Below are positions 1-9,158 of a stretch of DNA of 64,000 bases, piece by piece. The notes beneath the pieces were generated by a model. It did no database searches and was not told the DNA's origin. It saw nothing but the letters and a program-made list of their open reading frames with translations. Every line of letters starts with the position of its first letter. Within the stretch, counting starts at the first letter, position 1. This stretch comes from a virus (Duplodnaviria; Caudoviricetes), in the IMG/VR virus record IMGVR_UViG_2706796186_000001, positions 96,001 through 160,000 of that record; one strand, 5' to 3'. Position numbers and translations under genes: made by a program.

Positions 1-2
1 GG

Positions 3-386
3 CAAATCGCCCCGTACTACACCGCGCAAATCGTCGGCCCTATCCGTACGGTGTTCTACACTTGTAAGTCGTGCCACGAAGCGTTACAGAACGAAATCGC
101 GCAGAACTTTATCCTCTGCAACGATTGCCGTAAACCGATGGCCCCGGAAGAAGTGATTTGCTGGTCGCCGTATGACACAAATCCTGCACAGCCGACCATC
201 TATCTGTGCAAAGACTGTGAATGTGGTACGAAACACTTTGACCGTGTGGAGTACGACCGTGCGAACTTCGTGCAAAGCTACCCGGTGAAACAACGTAACC
301 TCCGCCTGCTGGCGACAAGCGATGCCGGAATGAACATGCGTTATATTCCGGAGCCGATTCGTCGTCCGTATGACACACACATCTAA
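3..386 (+). CDS. Cys-rich putative zinc-binding protein (5'-partial)
   Basis: Frame is open from the window start (QIAPYYTAQ...); CKSC, CNDC and CKDC motifs; followed by a terminator. Confidence 0.7.
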   Translation, partial: QIAPYYTAQIVGPIRTVFYTCKSCHEALQNEIAQNFILCNDCRKPMAPEEVICWSPYDTNPAQPTIYLCKDCECGTKHFDRVEYDRANFVQSYPVKQRNLRLLATSDAGMNMRYIPEPIRRPYDTHI

Positions 387-396
387 AAGTAAAGTA

Positions 397-425
397 AAGG
401 GGGTCTTTCCCCCTTCTTATTTTTT
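397..425 (+). terminator. Rho-independent terminator
   Basis: AAGGGGG-TCTTT-CCCCCTT hairpin followed by a T-tract. Confidence 0.75.
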
Positions 426-428
426 GCC

Positions 429-454
429 TTTTTACGCAACTTCCCTTTCCTGTG
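429..454 (+). promoter_or_regulatory. Putative phage middle-type promoter
   Basis: TTTTTAC-N15-TGTG; same spacing as other copies in the window. Confidence 0.55.
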
Positions 455-484
455 AATAACAAGAATTTGTTGCGGGGGAAATCG

Positions 485-1492
485 ATGCAATCGATAGCGC
501 AATCAACCATCATTAAACCGTCGGTCGAACCGACAGAACAGCAAATCAATATCACCATTGAGCGACTCACTTGGGGTAGCGAAAAAGCACGCGAGTATTA
601 TCATGCCTTTGGGTCACGTACCATTCCGATTAAACGGTTGAACGTTATCCTCAAAAATCCGCAGTACCAAGTCTTCGGTTTGCGTAACGACAGACATAAG
701 CCGCTTGGGTATATCTCGGTCATTACCACCATGGGCGATGAAACACTCATCATTCACCATGCAGAAGAGATTATCTCTAAGTCTCTTAACAAAGTGGCGA
801 TGATGATGTTGTTGGATCACGTCGGGTGCCGCTATGCGATGACGGTTGACGGGTCGTCTGATAACTTCGACTTCCGCAATCGCATGGGCTTTAAGCTGAT
901 TGAAAACAACTGGATGGTGAACTGTAAACCGTACGAGAAACTTCCCATCGATAAACGGATTGTGGATGTCTCTGGTTTAGAGTCACTCAGCGAACATCAG
1001 CTTGAGCAACTTACCGGTTTAGTCCGCTACACCATCTACCGCGAAGGGCAGACTGATCCGTTTGGTCGGGAAATCTTCCGTGAAGTGTTACCAGAGTCGG
1101 TCATTGAACGTGGGCGCACCAGTCAGTATAAAACGCTGGTCTGGATGGATGCGGGGGATATTCTCGGCGTCGCACAACTGCAATACGCACAATGGGGTGA
1201 GGTTATCCTGAGTGGGGTTGGGGTTGATGGTTCCCATACGGGCAAGCGTATCGGGCGCAATCTGGTTGCCGCGGCAATTCAGAAAGCGGGCATGTCTCAC
1301 GAACACCTGATGGCCACCACCTTTGCAGACAATGGGCCAATGAACCACCTGTTTGGAAACCTCTTAGGTTGGGATATGTTGCCGGGGTCAATTGGCGTGG
1401 AGTTGGTTGAGAACGCGGTGAGCTGGAAGAAGTCGAAGAAGTATCTGGGTGTGACAGCCGGTCACGGTGCCCCAATGTACAAAGGGGATTGA
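485..1492 (+). CDS. Tandem GNAT-family acetyltransferase
   Basis: C-terminal GNAT motif A (GVGVDGSHTGKRIGRNLV) plus ADNGPMNHLF; degenerate N-terminal GNAT-like half; ATG at 485 follows a G-rich RBS. Confidence 0.7.
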   Translation: MQSIAQSTIIKPSVEPTEQQINITIERLTWGSEKAREYYHAFGSRTIPIKRLNVILKNPQYQVFGLRNDRHKPLGYISVITTMGDETLIIHHAEEIISKSLNKVAMMMLLDHVGCRYAMTVDGSSDNFDFRNRMGFKLIENNWMVNCKPYEKLPIDKRIVDVSGLESLSEHQLEQLTGLVRYTIYREGQTDPFGREIFREVLPESVIERGRTSQYKTLVWMDAGDILGVAQLQYAQWGEVILSGVGVDGSHTGKRIGRNLVAAAIQKAGMSHEHLMATTFADNGPMNHLFGNLLGWDMLPGSIGVELVENAVSWKKSKKYLGVTAGHGAPMYKGD

Positions 1493-1493
1493 G

Positions 1494-2315
1494 ATGCGTT
1501 CTATTTTAAAATGGGTCGGTGGAAAGAAGCGAATCATCCAACCCCTGCGTAAGGTGTTCGGTGACACCGATTGTTTCGTCGAGCCGTTCGTGGGCGCAGG
1601 TTCGGTATTCATGAACACCAACTTCCCGAAGTACATTCTCTCTGACTACAATCCCGATTTGGTTGCGGTGCTCCGTTCTGCGATGGAAGCCCCGGACGAT
1701 TTGGTGGAAGCTTGTGAGCAACTCTGGACTAACGGGTGTGACCCTGAGGTTTATGATGCCCGCCGGGCGATACTCAACGACCGTGAGAACGTCACCGTCG
1801 AAGACACCATTGACCGGGCAGCTATCTTCATTTACCTGAACCGTCACGGGTACAATGGGTTGTGTCGCTACAACAAGTCGGGCGGGTACAACGTCCCTTA
1901 TGGCGACCACCCAACCAAACCGTATTTACCCAAAGAAGAAATTCATGCTTTCTGGAAACGCTGCACCGAATCCGAAGTAGACTTGCGCTGCTGTGGCTTT
2001 GAGGAGACGATTATCAATGCACCGAAAGGTTCACTGATTTACGCTGACCCTCCGTACATACCCAGCTCGAAGACTTCCTCGTTTGCGCAGTATCATAAAG
2101 CGTCCTTTAACCAACAACACCAACGCCAATTGGCTAAACTCCTGAAAGAAGCACATCTTCGTGGTTGTCGTGTAGTCCTGTCGAATTCTGATACGCTGCT
2201 CACCAAAGACATCTACTATGGCTTCCAATGGGAGACCGTAGAGGTGGGGCGGTATTTAGGGTCGAAGGCTGAAACCCGTGGACGTGTGAACGAGTTGATT
2301 GGTGTTCTGGAGTAA
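1494..2315 (+). CDS. dam: DNA adenine N6-methyltransferase (Dam/D12 class)
   Basis: LKWVGGK, FVEPFVGAGSVF, YNGLCRYNKSGGYNVPYG, catalytic DPPY, VVLSNSD. Confidence 0.95.
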   Translation: MRSILKWVGGKKRIIQPLRKVFGDTDCFVEPFVGAGSVFMNTNFPKYILSDYNPDLVAVLRSAMEAPDDLVEACEQLWTNGCDPEVYDARRAILNDRENVTVEDTIDRAAIFIYLNRHGYNGLCRYNKSGGYNVPYGDHPTKPYLPKEEIHAFWKRCTESEVDLRCCGFEETIINAPKGSLIYADPPYIPSSKTSSFAQYHKASFNQQHQRQLAKLLKEAHLRGCRVVLSNSDTLLTKDIYYGFQWETVEVGRYLGSKAETRGRVNELIGVLE

Positions 2316-2317
2316 CC

Positions 2318-3112
2318 ATGCACCTGTTATCGTATCCACCTGTGTACGAGCGACCTGTCCTCCTTAACGGTCGAGAGGTTGAAGTTGAACGTATCTGGCA
2401 AGGCATTAAACAAACCCATCCGTTAGCGATGGACGAGGAGCATTATCTGGTGGTGTCTAACACTCGCCAGACGCTCCTTGTATTAAGTGGCGAACGTCAC
2501 GGCGATGTGTTCCATATTCTCAATATGGTGCCGATGACCGACAAGCCCTTTTACCAGTGGAAAAACCTCATGCGTCAACTCGAAGTGGTTCACTTCGATG
2601 TGGTATTAGACCCAAGTGCTCATGTCGAGCACGGGATATGTCAGGCCATGGGACTTGAGTTCGTGACAAAGCGTGTGAAGTTTACCCCGTTTGATGTTTC
2701 GCGTTTCAACACGCGTGCGCCGATGATTCATCGTCAGGAGAACTGCTCTCTTGATGAGATGGAGCGTGTGTGTCAGATAACGAAGAAATCACTGCCGGGG
2801 TACAAGCACATCTTAAAGGAAGTGGCGTTCGGTTTTATGGAAACGTTGGTACGCAAACAAAACGACAAGATTACGTCGGTGTTGTTTGTTAGCCAGACAC
2901 CTAATACCGTCACCGTCGCTAACTACGTTTCTGTGTTTCATCAACAGGACAGGCAGTATGCGCAGGACTTCTCGGAGTTCTTCCGATACTTACTGAAACT
3001 GTGCGGGACACAGAAAAAGTCGTTGTATATCTCGCTGGACGCTAAGGCAGAGATACCGACTTACGATGGTATCACTCATGAGGTGGTGACACATCATTAC
3101 ACGATTGCTTAG
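2318..3112 (+). CDS. Hypothetical protein, possibly degenerate GNAT fold
   Basis: 264-aa ORF with GGAG RBS, tightly coupled to dam; GNAT-like strand/helix pattern by eye only. Confidence 0.6.
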   Translation: MHLLSYPPVYERPVLLNGREVEVERIWQGIKQTHPLAMDEEHYLVVSNTRQTLLVLSGERHGDVFHILNMVPMTDKPFYQWKNLMRQLEVVHFDVVLDPSAHVEHGICQAMGLEFVTKRVKFTPFDVSRFNTRAPMIHRQENCSLDEMERVCQITKKSLPGYKHILKEVAFGFMETLVRKQNDKITSVLFVSQTPNTVTVANYVSVFHQQDRQYAQDFSEFFRYLLKLCGTQKKSLYISLDAKAEIPTYDGITHEVVTHHYTIA

Positions 3113-3119
3113 GAGGGTT

Positions 3120-3881
3120 ATGAGAGAGATAACGAAAGAGGTGCTAGATGGTACGTATGACCAACCGCTCGGGCGTGGTGTATTAGACTGGCGTATCTTA
3201 GATCTGGCCCCCATGGAAACAAAACACATTGTTGAAGTGGGGCGTTGGCGTGTGTACCTAAAACGTCATCGTATCGAGGAAACAGCGCTACTGATTTCCG
3301 TTGACCGTTTTGGGGATGTGGAAGAACCACTGAATCTGCTCCCTGATGTGCTGGACGTCAAGGCAGTCTTTGCTTACTCGACGACGACTGCGGATGAAGC
3401 CCTTAAACGAATAGGGTTTGATCTGCATGCAGTGAAATATATCATTCCACCGCGCGAGGGTATCAGACCACCGCCGAAGATGATTGAAAACTGCCTGTTG
3501 ACGGACCAAGAAGCGGCGTCTTTTAAACTGGCCGCCATCGAAGAAGAAAGCATCCGTAAAGCGGCGGAAGCGTACGGTATGGGCACAGCTGCGTTTCACC
3601 GTGTCGACTTTGGGCACGGACGTACGGCAGTTGCGCTTATCAATATCGTCGATGAACATGCCACACTGCTGACGCACTGGGCAAGTGACTTCCAATCGCA
3701 AATGACGGTTGCTGACATCTTTAACTACATTGCCTCCTGTCAGAAGAACGGCGGGGAGTACGTGGTTAACCGTCAAACGTTCGATGACCCAACCCCTCTG
3801 GTGGAAACGCTGGAAACCCTCCACACCACGACACGCGGTGTTTATATTATCACAAAAGGAGTATCTACCCATGCAAACTAG
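3120..3881 (+). CDS. Hypothetical protein, possibly degenerate GNAT fold
   Basis: ORF 3105..3881 with AGGAGG RBS before the ATG at 3120. Confidence 0.6.
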   Translation: MREITKEVLDGTYDQPLGRGVLDWRILDLAPMETKHIVEVGRWRVYLKRHRIEETALLISVDRFGDVEEPLNLLPDVLDVKAVFAYSTTTADEALKRIGFDLHAVKYIIPPREGIRPPPKMIENCLLTDQEAASFKLAAIEEESIRKAAEAYGMGTAAFHRVDFGHGRTAVALINIVDEHATLLTHWASDFQSQMTVADIFNYIASCQKNGGEYVVNRQTFDDPTPLVETLETLHTTTRGVYIITKGVSTHAN

Positions 3882-4167
3882 CATCAATCGTTCTGTCGCG
3901 CGTTCTAAAGAAGTGGTTTACGATGTGGTCTCTGGTGAAAAGACCCTGTTCCGTGCGGTGATTGTCGAGAACAACGAACTGCTCGTGGTCTATCCGGGTG
4001 GCGAGTTCTCTAAAGCGGAAAAGGTGGCACTGGATAAACTCATCACCAAAGCGAAACACCGCGACGGGATTTCTATCCACCGTGTGGTTAATGGTCGTGA
4101 GTTAGTGGAGAATGGCAAAGACTTAGAAGTGCGTCCCGTGAGCACGCAAGTCAACGCCTTTGTATGA
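3871..4167 (+). CDS. Hypothetical protein
   Basis: AAGGAG RBS before the ATG at 3871 (MQTSINRS...). Confidence 0.7.
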   Translation: MQTSINRSVARSKEVVYDVVSGEKTLFRAVIVENNELLVVYPGGEFSKAEKVALDKLITKAKHRDGISIHRVVNGRELVENGKDLEVRPVSTQVNAFV

Positions 4168-4194
4168 CACCACTAACGTTATAGAGGAATCGCA

Positions 4195-4695
4195 ATGGAT
4201 GTTATCGATTTCGAACAGCTTCCACAGCACGACTTCGACCTCGGCGTCCGTGACATGGATTGCGGCTTCGAAGAAAAGGCGCGTGCGCTGTTCCAGAAAT
4301 ACGGCGAACTGATTATGGGTACCGACCATCCAGACATCACACTGGATGAGTTCGAGAAACTGATCGTTGGTCTCATCACGACCCGTGCACAGGACAGAGC
4401 GTTGCTGAACGAGTTGAACTTTACCACCGTGTCCCCCGCGGATGCTGCCGGTATCCTGTCGCAGTCCATCGTGCCGAACGATGAGATTCTCGACAAGGTT
4501 GCTGAGCTACGTGGCCCGTTCGACACAGCGGTAGAAGACTACGCGCAGCAGTTAGCGGAATCGGAATACGCGATGGTCGCCCCTGAGGGTGAGCAGCTGC
4601 CGTCTGATGAGCAAACTGAAACTGCCCGTCTGCGTCTTGCGCGATATGTCATTACCAGCGTGCTGGTTGATGACCGTGAAGATTGTCAGCTCTAA
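4195..4695 (+). CDS. Acidic hypothetical protein
   Basis: GAGGA RBS, 166 aa, followed by a terminator. Confidence 0.75.
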   Translation: MDVIDFEQLPQHDFDLGVRDMDCGFEEKARALFQKYGELIMGTDHPDITLDEFEKLIVGLITTRAQDRALLNELNFTTVSPADAAGILSQSIVPNDEILDKVAELRGPFDTAVEDYAQQLAESEYAMVAPEGEQLPSDEQTETARLRLARYVITSVLVDDREDCQL

Positions 4696-4702
4696 TGAAA
4701 TG

Positions 4703-4734
4703 ACCTCACCTTCGGGTGGGGTTTATTTTTTTTT
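4703..4734 (+). terminator. Rho-independent terminator (UUCG loop)
   Basis: ACCTCACC-TTCG-GGTGGGGT plus T-tract. Confidence 0.85.
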
Positions 4735-4737
4735 GCC

Positions 4738-4763
4738 TTTTTACAGAATAGCACCTATCTATG
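4738..4763 (+). promoter_or_regulatory. Putative phage middle-type promoter
   Basis: TTTTTAC-N15-TATG. Confidence 0.65.
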
Positions 4764-4794
4764 TCAAACCAAATAACCCTGAGGATTAAAAGCA

Positions 4795-5130
4795 ATGTGG
4801 CTTAGCGCAATTCACCGTGATTTACCAAAAATCGTTGACTTCGGTACCAGCGTGACTGGCGACCCGAATGTCGAACCGGTACAAATCGATGTGGGTCTGG
4901 CGAAGTTCGACCGCATGGAAGAAGGTCAGTTCGTGGTTCTCGATGCTGAAGAGAACGAATACATGCTGTTCCACCCGGAAGTGGATGTCGCGGGCATCGT
5001 TGACGGTGTGTGGTTAGCATCGTGGCACGATAAGTCCACGGACAAGTGGATGTGGGCGCTGGCAAAACAAGTCGGTGATAATTCATTCGTTCTGGATACC
5101 AAGCACCATGTTGAGCCCGTCCCTCATTGA
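4795..5130 (+). CDS. Hypothetical protein
   Basis: GAGGA RBS, 111 aa. Confidence 0.7.
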   Translation: MWLSAIHRDLPKIVDFGTSVTGDPNVEPVQIDVGLAKFDRMEEGQFVVLDAEENEYMLFHPEVDVAGIVDGVWLASWHDKSTDKWMWALAKQVGDNSFVLDTKHHVEPVPH

Positions 5131-5434
5131 TGTCCGCGATGAGCTGTCGACGAATGATTACCTCATTCGGATGCAGTCCGCGTTTCAAAAGCCGTTAGGT
5201 GGCCCACCGGAAGCACGTCAGGTGTACGCACAGGTCATCGGGGTGGATAACAAAGAGGTTCACTTCACGAACCTTGAAACCAAACTCGACTTCACCATGC
5301 CCCTGAACGTGTTTCTGTTTGTGCCTGCTCTCGGTTTGCCAGTTGAGATTAGTCGCGTGCATCACCGCATCTTCTGTTGGCCTGATGTCCACAAAGAGAA
5401 CAGCGATCCTATCCAGCTGCAAATTCGCCTGTAA
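5108..5434 (+). CDS. Hypothetical protein
   Basis: Fills the operon gap; start uncertain (5075 or 5108). Confidence 0.55.
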   Translation: MLSPSLIDVRDELSTNDYLIRMQSAFQKPLGGPPEARQVYAQVIGVDNKEVHFTNLETKLDFTMPLNVFLFVPALGLPVEISRVHHRIFCWPDVHKENSDPIQLQIRL

Positions 5435-5445
5435 CGTATTACTTT

Positions 5446-5469
5446 TCAGATAGATATTATCTAGGGGAG
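5446..5469 (+). promoter_or_regulatory. Putative phage early promoter
   Basis: TCAGATAGATATTATCTAGGGGAG; one of four intergenic copies; core resembles the phiKZ early TATATTAC motif. Confidence 0.7.
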
Positions 5470-5513
5470 AAGATTGTTTTCTCCCTCACATTTTAATCTA
5501 TAAGGAGTATCTC

Positions 5514-6098
5514 ATGTACAATTACGTTGTGTTGGGCCGCAAAGGTAGCATCGTCAGATTCGTCTTTAAATCTGACCCACCTGCCAAGCCGCGCGCGTTG
5601 GATTTAGCGGGCTTCGATTATAAAGGCATCCGCAAAGGTGTACAGCTGGACTTCAACGGTGACGTGAAGCCGGAGAACCTTTTGTATTCTGGCGATGTGA
5701 AGCCAAGAAAGCTTGTCGCCATCGGTGGAAAGAAACCCGCGAAGGCTGCAAAAGAAAGCAAAAAGGCACCGAAGGCTGAACCGACTTTCATCGTTGTTAA
5801 ACGTGTGAAGCAGGTCATCGAATATAAGATCTGCGGGGACGAGTCTGCGGAACCGTTAAACGAGACTCTGAAGATTAGTCTCGCCGGTTACGACTACAGA
5901 AAGCTGCGTAAGGACATGACCTTCCAGTTTGAAGGCGGTAAGATTGCTGCGGAGAATATTCGCTACTGGCCGTTCCGCGGTACTTCAAATAAGCTGCCGT
6001 TGCCGAAGCTTGAAGAAGTTGCACCTAAAGCGAAATCCGCAGCGGTGTCCAAGCGCGGTGCCACACCAAACGTGTCTATCCTGCGTAAGCACTTCTAA
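5514..6098 (+). CDS. Basic hypothetical protein with internal duplication
   Basis: TAAGGAG RBS; LAGFDYKGIRK..ENLLY and LAGYDYRKLRK..ENIRY repeats; Lys/Ala-rich linker. Confidence 0.8.
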   Translation: MYNYVVLGRKGSIVRFVFKSDPPAKPRALDLAGFDYKGIRKGVQLDFNGDVKPENLLYSGDVKPRKLVAIGGKKPAKAAKESKKAPKAEPTFIVVKRVKQVIEYKICGDESAEPLNETLKISLAGYDYRKLRKDMTFQFEGGKIAAENIRYWPFRGTSNKLPLPKLEEVAPKAKSAAVSKRGATPNVSILRKHF

Positions 6099-6105
6099 TC
6101 AGTAC

Positions 6106-6142
6106 GTCCTACTCCTTCGGGAGTAGGACTGTTTTATTTTTT
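6106..6142 (+). terminator. Rho-independent terminator (UUCG loop)
   Basis: GTCCTACTCC-TTCG-GGAGTAGGAC plus T-tract. Confidence 0.9.
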
Positions 6143-6153
6143 AAGGACTGTCG

Positions 6154-6681
6154 ATGACTACTTTTATTGCGGGCAAGAACTACCTCGCCGCAGACCGTGC
6201 GGTAATGAAAAACCGAATGGTATTTGAAGATGCGAAGATTCGCACTATCAAAGGACGCATCGCGTACTTCTTTGGTTCAGAGCATCCCACACCAGACGAA
6301 CGCAAGTTGCTGGAAAAGAACATCTACGATTACATCTTCGGTAAGCAGAAAGCCCACGAGGCAGCAGAGTTGTGGTTGCTGCACTTCATGGAAAGCAATA
6401 CGCTGGTTGTGATGACCCGCAAGAAGACGCTGACCTTCAGTGCTATCTCACGGCTTGCTGCGTGGTCGCCGGAGCTGGGTGCCCCAACACGCCACACAGG
6501 ACTTACCGTAACCGAAGACCTGCTTGAAACACCCGTCGTTTATGGCTCGGGTGCAGAGTTGGCACGGGCAGGATGGGCATGCGGATTACAGCCTGAGAAC
6601 ATCATTCTCATGGTACAGAAAATAGACCCGATGTCAGGGCATGGCTGCGATGTGGTTTACAGAGAGGGCTTGCGAAAATGA
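6154..6681 (+). CDS. HslV/proteasome-beta-like Ntn (threonine) protease
   Basis: N-terminal M-TT, AADR (cf. HslV AGDG), conserved Lys in DAKIR, YGSG; 175 aa like HslV. Confidence 0.7.
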   Translation: MTTFIAGKNYLAADRAVMKNRMVFEDAKIRTIKGRIAYFFGSEHPTPDERKLLEKNIYDYIFGKQKAHEAAELWLLHFMESNTLVVMTRKKTLTFSAISRLAAWSPELGAPTRHTGLTVTEDLLETPVVYGSGAELARAGWACGLQPENIILMVQKIDPMSGHGCDVVYREGLRK

Positions 6682-7226
6682 GTACCGTTTCTATTGCTGG
6701 TTTCGTTGTGAATGGTGTGGTCTACGTCAACACCGCTGTTCAATCCATGCACCTGATGGCACCGTACAACCCTGAGGCGGGTTTCGATAAACTCGGATGG
6801 TGGTTCCCGAACGATGGGCAGGATAAAATTAGTGACATCTTGGTTAATGGGGATGACTGCGAACGCCATGAGGACATTACCTACTCCGGTAGTGTGCTGC
6901 GTCACGATGGGCGATTCTACGACGTTAAATTAGCTGGGCCAAACTACCGATTAATTTTCCTCCATCAACCGACCCCCGTGATGGTCTTTCCAGCCGACAC
7001 GGAATCATCGTTTGTGGCGACCTTTATCGAGCACTTGTCCTTGCACCCCGACTTGGACACCGAAGGGCCTGGGTGGAGCGCAGAGCGTATCATGAAGATA
7101 CTGTCGTGCTTCGCAGGCTGTCACAACTTCAAACCTTTCATGACTCTGGATGAACTCAAAGCCAAAGTCCAAGCTATGCCGGAATGTAAATTAGCGCCAT
7201 TCCCCCGCCAAAGAAAACCGGAGTAG
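6678..7226 (+). CDS. Hypothetical protein
   Basis: ATGA overlap with the upstream gene, 182 aa. Confidence 0.7.
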   Translation: MSTVSIAGFVVNGVVYVNTAVQSMHLMAPYNPEAGFDKLGWWFPNDGQDKISDILVNGDDCERHEDITYSGSVLRHDGRFYDVKLAGPNYRLIFLHQPTPVMVFPADTESSFVATFIEHLSLHPDLDTEGPGWSAERIMKILSCFAGCHNFKPFMTLDELKAKVQAMPECKLAPFPRQRKPE

Positions 7227-7287
7227 GAACGCGCGGATTTATAACAGCAGCATCCCTTTTAATGACAAACACAAGAGGATTATCAAC

Positions 7288-7899
7288 ATGCAATCTGTAG
7301 CCCATGCTTTATCTCCAGTCGCTTTTCCACAGTTCACCGGTCTTCAGGTTTACATGCTTCAGGCCACAGCGGGAACCCTCGCGGACGTAGCACCAGAAGG
7401 TTATCGCGACCTCGTTAGTGAGATGCTGAAAGATGGTAACATTCCTGCGGACACACAGGTCTGGCTGACGGTTGATGAATCGAACGTCAAAGCCGGTAAG
7501 AAGCAACGTCGTGGTGGTGCACACATCGATGGCAACTACGACCTCTTCGCAAGTGACTGGTGCACCGGTAGTTCTGGCTGGTTAAACGGGGTGCCGGGAC
7601 GTGAACTGACGCTTGAAGAACACCATCGTAGTTATCAGGAGTTCGGTGGTGGGATGCTGATTGCCTCCAACCATGCAGCCTGTCAGGTGTGGGAAGGGGA
7701 AGTGAACGGTATTCCGGGCCAAGGTGGCGACTGTGAGCATCTTCGTGACCAACTGGAAATGCTCCCGACCTATCTGATGGAAAGCAACCGAGCGTACCTG
7801 ACGAACTCGCAGTGTGTGCACGAGTCGTTACCATTAAAAGTTGACTTTCCACGTCAGCTTGTGCGCATCACTCTGTCCGAGCAGTACAAATTTAATTAA
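7288..7899 (+). CDS. 2OG-Fe(II) oxygenase-like protein
   Basis: RRGGAHIDG (HxD), distal His in CVHESLP, then RQLVR; GAGGA RBS. Confidence 0.6.
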   Translation: MQSVAHALSPVAFPQFTGLQVYMLQATAGTLADVAPEGYRDLVSEMLKDGNIPADTQVWLTVDESNVKAGKKQRRGGAHIDGNYDLFASDWCTGSSGWLNGVPGRELTLEEHHRSYQEFGGGMLIASNHAACQVWEGEVNGIPGQGGDCEHLRDQLEMLPTYLMESNRAYLTNSQCVHESLPLKVDFPRQLVRITLSEQYKFN

Positions 7900-7925
7900 T
7901 CTAAAACCACAAAGAGAATCAGAAT

Positions 7926-8588
7926 ATGGCGAAGCAAAAGAAAACCCGTAACAAAAAATATAACCCACAGCAAGCCCATGCAGAAACAGCCCGTATGGTG
8001 GTGCAAAACTCATTAGCCCGCATTTCCTTTATCGGTGCATCTAACCGCCGCATTCAACCCTACGGTGGTCGCGGCTTCCAATTCACCGTCAATCGCCCGG
8101 TACGGGTAACGGTCAGTGCAGCATTGGCTGAAACACTGTTCGAAGACCCACGGACATGGTCGGTGTGGATGGCGCATTATGCCGTTAATGCGGAAGGTGT
8201 CGTGGATGTGGAGTCTGGCGTTCTTCGCTTAGACGAATATACGTTGACTGACTTCACGGAAAATGTGGACAAGTTAGTGGAGCACATGAAACCTGAGCGC
8301 ATGATGGATAACCCGGAATACGTGGGCTACGCATTCTTTGCTTCACCAAACGAGCGTTACGATTTCACGCATGACACCACGGACGAACGTCTGATTGAAA
8401 ACTTCATGGCGTCGGGTGTGCTGGAGAAGGAGAATCATCTTTCACAACACGTTCTGAATGTTACCAAGGAAGAACTTATCATCATGCTCATGGCGGACCA
8501 TGCCAAGTTTGATACCAACATCAGTATTCACCATCGCGGCGAGGGGGATGATTACCACGTCGCAAATAAGCAAGTTATCGGAGAGTAA
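7926..8588 (+). CDS. Hypothetical protein
   Basis: 220-aa ORF with basic N-terminus. Confidence 0.75.
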   Translation: MAKQKKTRNKKYNPQQAHAETARMVVQNSLARISFIGASNRRIQPYGGRGFQFTVNRPVRVTVSAALAETLFEDPRTWSVWMAHYAVNAEGVVDVESGVLRLDEYTLTDFTENVDKLVEHMKPERMMDNPEYVGYAFFASPNERYDFTHDTTDERLIENFMASGVLEKENHLSQHVLNVTKEELIIMLMADHAKFDTNISIHHRGEGDDYHVANKQVIGE

Positions 8589-8591
8589 GAA

Positions 8592-9158
8592 ATGAAGTTC
8601 TGGGAGCGTTTTTGTCGCTTGTTTAAAGATGTCCCTGAGGCCCAGTCTGACGGTGACCGTTATACCCAAATCGTGCGTGACTACTTCAATGCAGGTAATC
8701 ACAACGTCGTGGAACTCTGTGATGCTATTGGCATGACACCACGCTCACTGTACTTTGCGGTTAACGACGACAACGTACGGGCGAACATTCTGCCCCGCCT
8801 CCCTGAAAAGATGCGGATGGAATTGCGTGATGAACTGACCGCGCGTGCGTTCAGTCGTCAGGCCGTCTCGTTAATTCGTCCGAGCACCGCGAAGTACGAT
8901 TTCGAAAACCTCAATGAGTTAATGGCACACGTACACCAGTTGTTCGAAACCTACCGCCTCGAACGTGGCGAGAAAGTGGACACCTCTATTAAGGCGTACA
9001 TCCACTCCCTTACACCACGTACCGTGCGTATCGCCTTCGTAGGCGGCGGTCACGAATTCAATGTGGGTATCATTGAAGGTATTAACGTTGTGCAGCAAAA
9101 CCTGCTTATGGTGAATTATGGAAAACTTAACGCCCGTGGAAATCGTCAATGTTTTTAA
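8592..9158 (+). CDS. Hypothetical protein
   Basis: GGAG RBS, 188 aa. Confidence 0.7.
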   Translation: MKFWERFCRLFKDVPEAQSDGDRYTQIVRDYFNAGNHNVVELCDAIGMTPRSLYFAVNDDNVRANILPRLPEKMRMELRDELTARAFSRQAVSLIRPSTAKYDFENLNELMAHVHQLFETYRLERGEKVDTSIKAYIHSLTPRTVRIAFVGGGHEFNVGIIEGINVVQQNLLMVNYGKLNARGNRQCF

